Of a stretch of DNA of 64,000 nt, positions 59,001 to 64,000 are shown in pieces. The position numbers and the translations under genes are program-made. Where the stretch lies: assembly GCF_964204645.1 (NCBI RefSeq), contig NC_134029.1:20950950-21014949 (forward strand), in the 5' to 3' direction. The stretch comes from Tubulanus polymorphus (taxonomy: Eukaryota; Animalia; Nemertea). Within the stretch, counting starts at the first letter, position 1; every line of letters begins with the position of its first letter. The notes under the pieces are model-generated. The model worked only from the letters and a program-made list of their open reading frames with translations, had not been told where the DNA came from and did not search any database.

Positions 59001-59326
59001 CACAACAGTAGTAGACTTTGAATTCTGCGCATAAACCGGATAATCCACGTAATTGTACCCTGGCTTTAAAGAGTTTAGTTAGAAGATTTAGCTTTTGAGT
59101 TCAAAGACTTCATCGAAGCACCCAAGTTTAATGCATTTTGTTTCCAGGGCAGAATGTTTTGTACCCTAGCATGAATAAAAAAAAACCTGATTTTGGATCA
59201 TGAATTATCATCAGTGATTTCGTTTCTGTTTTGCAGGCTCTCAACGATTATGCGCTGATGTTATCAAATCCATCAGTATGTTCATCAGCTACTTCGTCTT
59301 CTGTTTCTATCAATATCAACCAGTGA
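53025..59326 (+). CDS. Receptor-type protein tyrosine phosphatase-like protein (S/T-rich ectodomain, SEA-like domain, TM, single PTP domain with non-canonical motifs)
   Basis: Signal peptide MFWFFGNSVLLGVIALTV; TM GIVVAIVIACIAGVALVILIIL; spliced PTP motifs KNRFANVIP, YINANYI, YIATQAP, LWRMVWE, IVMLT, CEEYWP, WPNQGVP, IHCSPGTGRTG, RQER, VKTLEQY; TGA 59324-59326. Confidence 0.9.
56189..56447. mobile_element. MITE-like element of the CAGGGGCG-ended family (PTP intron); a more decayed copy lies at about 55565-55791
   Basis: TIRs caggggcgtctctagg / cctagatccgtccctg, with subterminal C-runs. Confidence 0.6.
58158..58285. mobile_element. Short MITE-like element (PTP intron)
   Basis: cagggccggtt ... 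aaccggcccctg termini; internal aaccgacg / cgtcggtt repeats. Confidence 0.5.
58516..58668. mobile_element. Short MITE-like inverted-repeat element (PTP intron)
   Basis: ggtggctggattagggatatcgtgcattatttttt / aaaaaaatgatgcatgggatctctaatcatccacc imperfect arms, TA flanks. Confidence 0.5.
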
Positions 59327-60162
59327 TGCTGGAAACTTCAGAAAACGAAACCGCTACCGCATGGGGACTTAGTACATGTACATGTAGACCACTTTACGAA
59401 ACTGTCTTCTTTTAGAATGCTAGCCGTATGCGTTATCTCCACTCAATGTCCGTGCAATACAGTAGTGATTGGTAAAAGTCGTGATTTAAAAAAACCACTA
59501 GGTATTAAATGTGTTTGATATGTATGGAATGTAAATAGGGATGTCGCTTGAAAATAAAGAACAGTTTATCGATTCTCAATTTGTCATTCAAGTCTCTCAA
59601 ATAAAATGGAATTAGCGATTGAAACAACTCGCCCGCCACGGTAATAATACCAATCGTGAGCTCGACTGTCTAGTGCTGCCCCTATGCGGGTAAAACGTGA
59701 ACTAAAATAATACTCACTTGCCAGTCTTTGAACAGCCGCAGTGGACAAACTAAATACCCATACCGTTTGCCAATTTTTTTCGACTTCGACACTTTTGGGT
59801 CGATACCTACCAAGGGATTTTCCAGATTAATCGGTCTTGGAACAGAAAATTTCATTCAACTTCAATTCTATACCAGATGCAACAAAATATTCCTTAGACA
59901 AAACGGTTTATATGTACAGTTTTGACTCCACACTAGCAGAACCCTTTATTGCAAAAGCTGAACAAACATGAAATGAGAAATAATTCAATAAGTATTTAGA
60001 AAACGATCTGTTTTATTTATATACAACAGCAATTTATATCTGTACAGATAGTTGAAATTGTACAATAGAATTAAGAATTGAAAGCACCAAGATATTGCCA
60101 CAGTCATCCGCCCTCCACGCATGCACACATTTATTAAATCCAAACGTAAATCTGACCATTCG

Positions 60163-60685
60163 CTATCCGAGTAATAACTTGAATATAATTGTCACAATAT
60201 TTAGTCCAATCAAAGGAACTGAAATGAAAATTCATAAGACAAAAATGTTTTGAATATTTTTTTCTTCCCATGACGACAAGTTTATTCTCTTGAAAACACT
60301 ATCAACTTACTTCTCATTACAGTACGAATCGATCGAATAAGATTCATTATCTGAGTCTTCATTCCGGGCGCTTCACCGAAACCGCGATGGTCTGTAGCCC
60401 AACCAACTGAAATAAAAATTATTACTAGAAGTTTTCGTTTATTTCCAGGTTGTCATACTATACCACCAGATGGCGTACCAGTCTGAGTCATTTTATCGTC
60501 AGTTTTAAGCATTTTAGGGATATTTACGATACGTTATATTGACCAAAATTACGTTAGAAAATTAGGAATATATTAGATCTATGATCATACGTACTCTTTG
60601 CTAGGAATCGTTCCTCATGAAGGACGCAAACTGCATTTAAACACAGTAAAGTAGCCTCCAATAAACTATACAGGGTAAACGCCAT
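60163..60685 (-). CDS. IER3IP1: Immediate early response 3-interacting protein 1 (Yos1 homolog), 80 aa; exons 60685-60595, 60406-60311, 60218-60163
   Basis: Spliced product MAFTLYSLLEATLLCLNAVCVLHEERFLAKIGWATDHRGFGEAPGMKTQIMNLIRSIRTVMRIPLIGLNIVTIIFKLLLG is near-identical to IER3IP1 as recalled. It is absent from the ORF track because the exons are short. Confidence 0.96.
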
Positions 60686-61286
60686 TTTGAATGATGACGT
60701 AGCGTAATCCTAGAAATAGACTGGTTCCGCACTACACGCGGGCTCAAGGAAACAGCCCGTACATCAAAACTGTATTAATATCTAACAATCATTGGTTGGA
60801 TATTCAAAGAAATATTCAGAATTGTAATATATACTGTTTCAAGCTGAAAATAAACAAAGCAATTTGTTCACTGGTTGGCTTTGTAAAATATGTCCACTAG
60901 CGGGAGCCAGTCTATTCTGGATTTCTAGGATATTTCTCGTTGTTGGAGAAGCGTAAACAAACATGATGCAATGTCCTGAAAAACTGAAATATCTGACGTG
61001 GCCAAATGAGAATCACTGATTTTCTGCAAATGCTGACGTCGCCTTAGCTCGGCTCTCTCAATATAAACCCTGACATTACCGACGCGTTCAATCTACACAC
61101 CTTTCTTCTGAAACAAACGAGTCGAACCACACCGCAGTGAAAACTATTTGCAGATCTTTTCAACTTGAACATTAGCCTGAAAAAATTACAGTGTTATTGG
61201 CGTGAACCGTATAAACAGGTTTCAACTATAGAATTCACGACCGAGTGTTCGAGACATTATATACCGCATATTCAATTTGATCCAAG
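60686..61286. promoter_or_regulatory. Bidirectional promoter region (IER3IP1 / sHSP) with a UPRE-like site
   Basis: TGACGTGG at 60994-61001; GATGACGTAGC just upstream of the IER3IP1 ATG; TGACGTC near 61035. Confidence 0.5.
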
Positions 61287-62830
61287 ATGAAAGTCGTTAG
61301 TGCGTCGCTGATTGGGATGGCGCTGTGTTTGGCATCGTCTACGGGACACGTTCATCATGGACGAAAAATGAAGCCAATAATCCATAAATTTGCGTAAGTA
61401 CTATTTGCATCATCTCTAAATAGGTTGTCACGTAGTATTCAAGGAAAAAGCGTATTTATATATCATTATGTTTGTTCAATATTTGTAGTAATGATAGGAT
61501 TGAAACCGTGGTGGATACTGGCGTTTTTGACCAGATGGAGAAACATTTCATGGGAAACGATGACCAGAGAGAGACAGCTGAACCGCCGAAACCAAATTGC
61601 CACCGAAATAAACAACAGCAATTTCCTCGTGAACACACGGAGGAGCGTTGGTCGACACAGCCGCCGTGTACCGTCTGCTCACAGCATACAGCTTCCGATC
61701 TGAACGAGGCCGTTGTTAAAAACCGGCCCCATAAGAATAACAATCTGAATAAAAAAGACCAAGAAAGACTCGCGAATACCAAGGAGCGAATCCGATCACT
61801 AAACAAACAAATGAACCATCTGGACGAACAACAAAAAGCCGGCGAGAAAATAATACGCGATATGAAATTGCGACGACAACAAATACGAGCTGAAGAAATC
61901 AAACGACAAGAAGAACTGGAAGTGATTAGTCAGGAAGCTCGAAAAATGAAGGAGAATCGAGATCGAATGAGGCTCGAGAAAGCGGCGCAAATTAGAAGAC
62001 AACAAGAATTAGAAGCCGCGAGATTACGTTATGAACGCGAGCGTGCTAGGATTTTACAACAGGCGGGCCAGCACGAAGATGAGAATCTCGGTCAAACTCG
62101 AGATGAACAGATGCCTAGTGAGGACTTCGGCGACAGCGGACGAGAAAGTGGATACACAGTTGCAGAGGGATTGAAACAGGCGTTAGAATTGGGACAGGCG
62201 ATTAAAAGTATGGAGAGGAGCTTAACCGAAGTAGCTGCTGCAGATCAGGACAATCCAGAAACCGGTGAGTCTAACGCGGAAAAATCCTCGCCTACGTCTG
62301 AGGGAATTCCAGCGGTGAGGTTATCGGAAAGTACTGTTGATTCGAACTCAAAACATGTCCAACTCGGCGCGTTTAAAGTATACAATTTCTACCCGGACGA
62401 CATATCTATAAAAACCATCGGACATTTCATTCATATCAGCGGTCGATATGAGATTTGTAAATGTAATAAGAACAACTGCGAAAAGAGCGAATTTCAACAT
62501 CATTTCAGCATCTCACAATCTATCGATACCTCCAGTATTCACGCCACGCTAGACGCTGATAGAATTCTGAGAATACACGCTGTCGATTACGAGGGTACGG
62601 TCATTGAACCTGAAGACAGGCAAATCCGTATTTTAGGACTTGGAATCGAGAAATCACGTCCCGCCACTTCGACCTCCTGTTCAGATGGTCAGCGGCCGGT
62701 AGATTCGCCAACACCACCACAACCACCACCAGCCGATTACCCGAAAGTGGGAAAGGTCTACAACAAACCGAGAACGTTCGTTATTACCGCAGAACCAGAA
62801 AAACATTTAAGAATCCTTGACGAACTCTAA
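61287..62830 (+). CDS. Signal-peptide-bearing coiled-coil + alpha-crystallin (HSP20) domain protein ending in LDEL, about 482 aa; exons 61287-61393, 61489-62830
   Basis: MKVVSASLIGMALCLASSTG signal peptide; phase-2 GT-AG intron; E/R/K/Q-rich helix; FKVYNFYPDDISIK...IHISG...EFQHHFSISQSID..SIHATLDADRILRIHA alpha-crystallin pattern; IRI motif; ends RILDEL*. Confidence 0.8.
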
Positions 62831-64000
62831 ATGCGAAGAAATAATGATGATACGGTTCGTCAATATTAATTATTCAATATATCATTAGATCAGCCTATAA
62901 TGACTACTATACATATGTGATAAGGTATCATTCAAATCTAAGTAATGTATATAAAGCTTAAATTATATAACTTAAATATCATATTATATTATTTACTGTA
63001 AGGAACATTCAATTGTCTGTAATTACTAGATAATTTATAAAAGTGTTGTGTGTATTGATTGATATGATGTGGTTGTATCTCTTTATATAAATCTCAGTTT
63101 TTTACGCGTGTCAATAAATAAATGCATTTTTCATAACAATAAATGCTAGTTTTTAGTCTAAATTTGGATATGAAAATTAATCATCTCTATATCAACGGTT
63201 TATTATCCACTGAGGACCGAAGGAAACTGTTTAAAGCCAAAAATAGCCAAAAGAAAGTAGTGAAAGTCCCTATCGATCGGCCCCTTCGGTATTGAATTTA
63301 CACCTCCCTGGTAACGGGCAGTTTTCGGTTTGAACCAGCGTGCTAGCGCATAACGACGCTTAACAAACAGGTTATTACTTACATGAAATACACTACATTA
63401 ATGACAGAAAGGAGCTAAAGATTAGTCTTTTGATTTAGTGCAATGACGTAAAAGAATCACTCTGAAATTTTTAACTGAAAGAGTGCCACTTGCAAGGAAC
63501 TGTAGCGGAAATTCCGTGATGATGTTATAGGCGCCAAATTTAAATCACTTTCTTGCCTGCATAGCAGTTTTATAACCGGGCCAGAGCGCCAGTTTTGAAT
63601 CCCTCATGTATCGCCACAGATAGCGTCTAATATTTATAGATCCTTAAAATAGCACCAATTATTCAATTTCCTTATCCTTTATTCCCGTTTATAACCTGGT
63701 TACCTTTCTTACTGCGTTGCGGGACGAACTCAGCTCGCGTCCGGTCGAGTTGTGTTCGTTGGGGGATTTTACACAGACTATGTTGTCTTACCGTCTTTAT
63801 AACTATTCGGCGGAACCAGTTGTTCAAGAAATCAAACTGCTCTTAAAGCACATCAGTACGTCTTAAATCTTCTTACCAATACGTTCGTATTTATATCCTA
63901 ACGATGTTATATTGTGATATATGAATTCCGCTCTAGTGAAGTCGAGTAGCGCCCGGATTCGGGCCGGTTCAATTTGGTACTCCGCGGTGCCGACCGCTTG

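Noticed and set aside
60708-60930. Imperfect inverted repeat (tagactggttccgc / gcgggagccagtcta) in the IER3IP1 promoter
   Set aside because: Short arms and no clear TSD; possibly an old MITE but not supportable as a distinct feature.
63700-64000. GC-richer patch with short open frames on both strands at the window edge
   Set aside because: Strand and frame are ambiguous and there is no motif; it may belong to a gene extending beyond the window.

Overview
AT-rich, gene-dense animal genomic DNA with short spliceosomal introns, probably from a marine invertebrate (the taxon is an inference). Manual splicing gives 12 protein-coding genes in this order: a secreted IGFBP-domain/Cys-rich protein, a C2H2 zinc-finger gene, FBXO8, a FAM47-like gene head-to-head with MFSD8, three paralogous type I membrane genes (signal peptide, double ShK-like module, 4-7 CCP/Sushi domains, TM, tail with a shared C-terminal motif), a CNBD2-like gene with an antisense intronic tRNA-Arg(TCG), a single-domain receptor PTP with degenerate catalytic motifs, IER3IP1, and a gene encoding signal peptide + coiled coil + alpha-crystallin domain + C-terminal LDEL. 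The most interesting items are (1) this apparently ER-luminal small heat-shock protein, which shares a UPRE-containing bidirectional promoter with IER3IP1, (2) the ShK-Sushi receptor cluster next to a probable pseudophosphatase, and (3) intronic fold-back insertions carrying Penelope-type minimal hammerhead motifs. Introns also hold many short MITE-like elements. All exon models were read by eye and need RNA-seq confirmation; no database searches were run.
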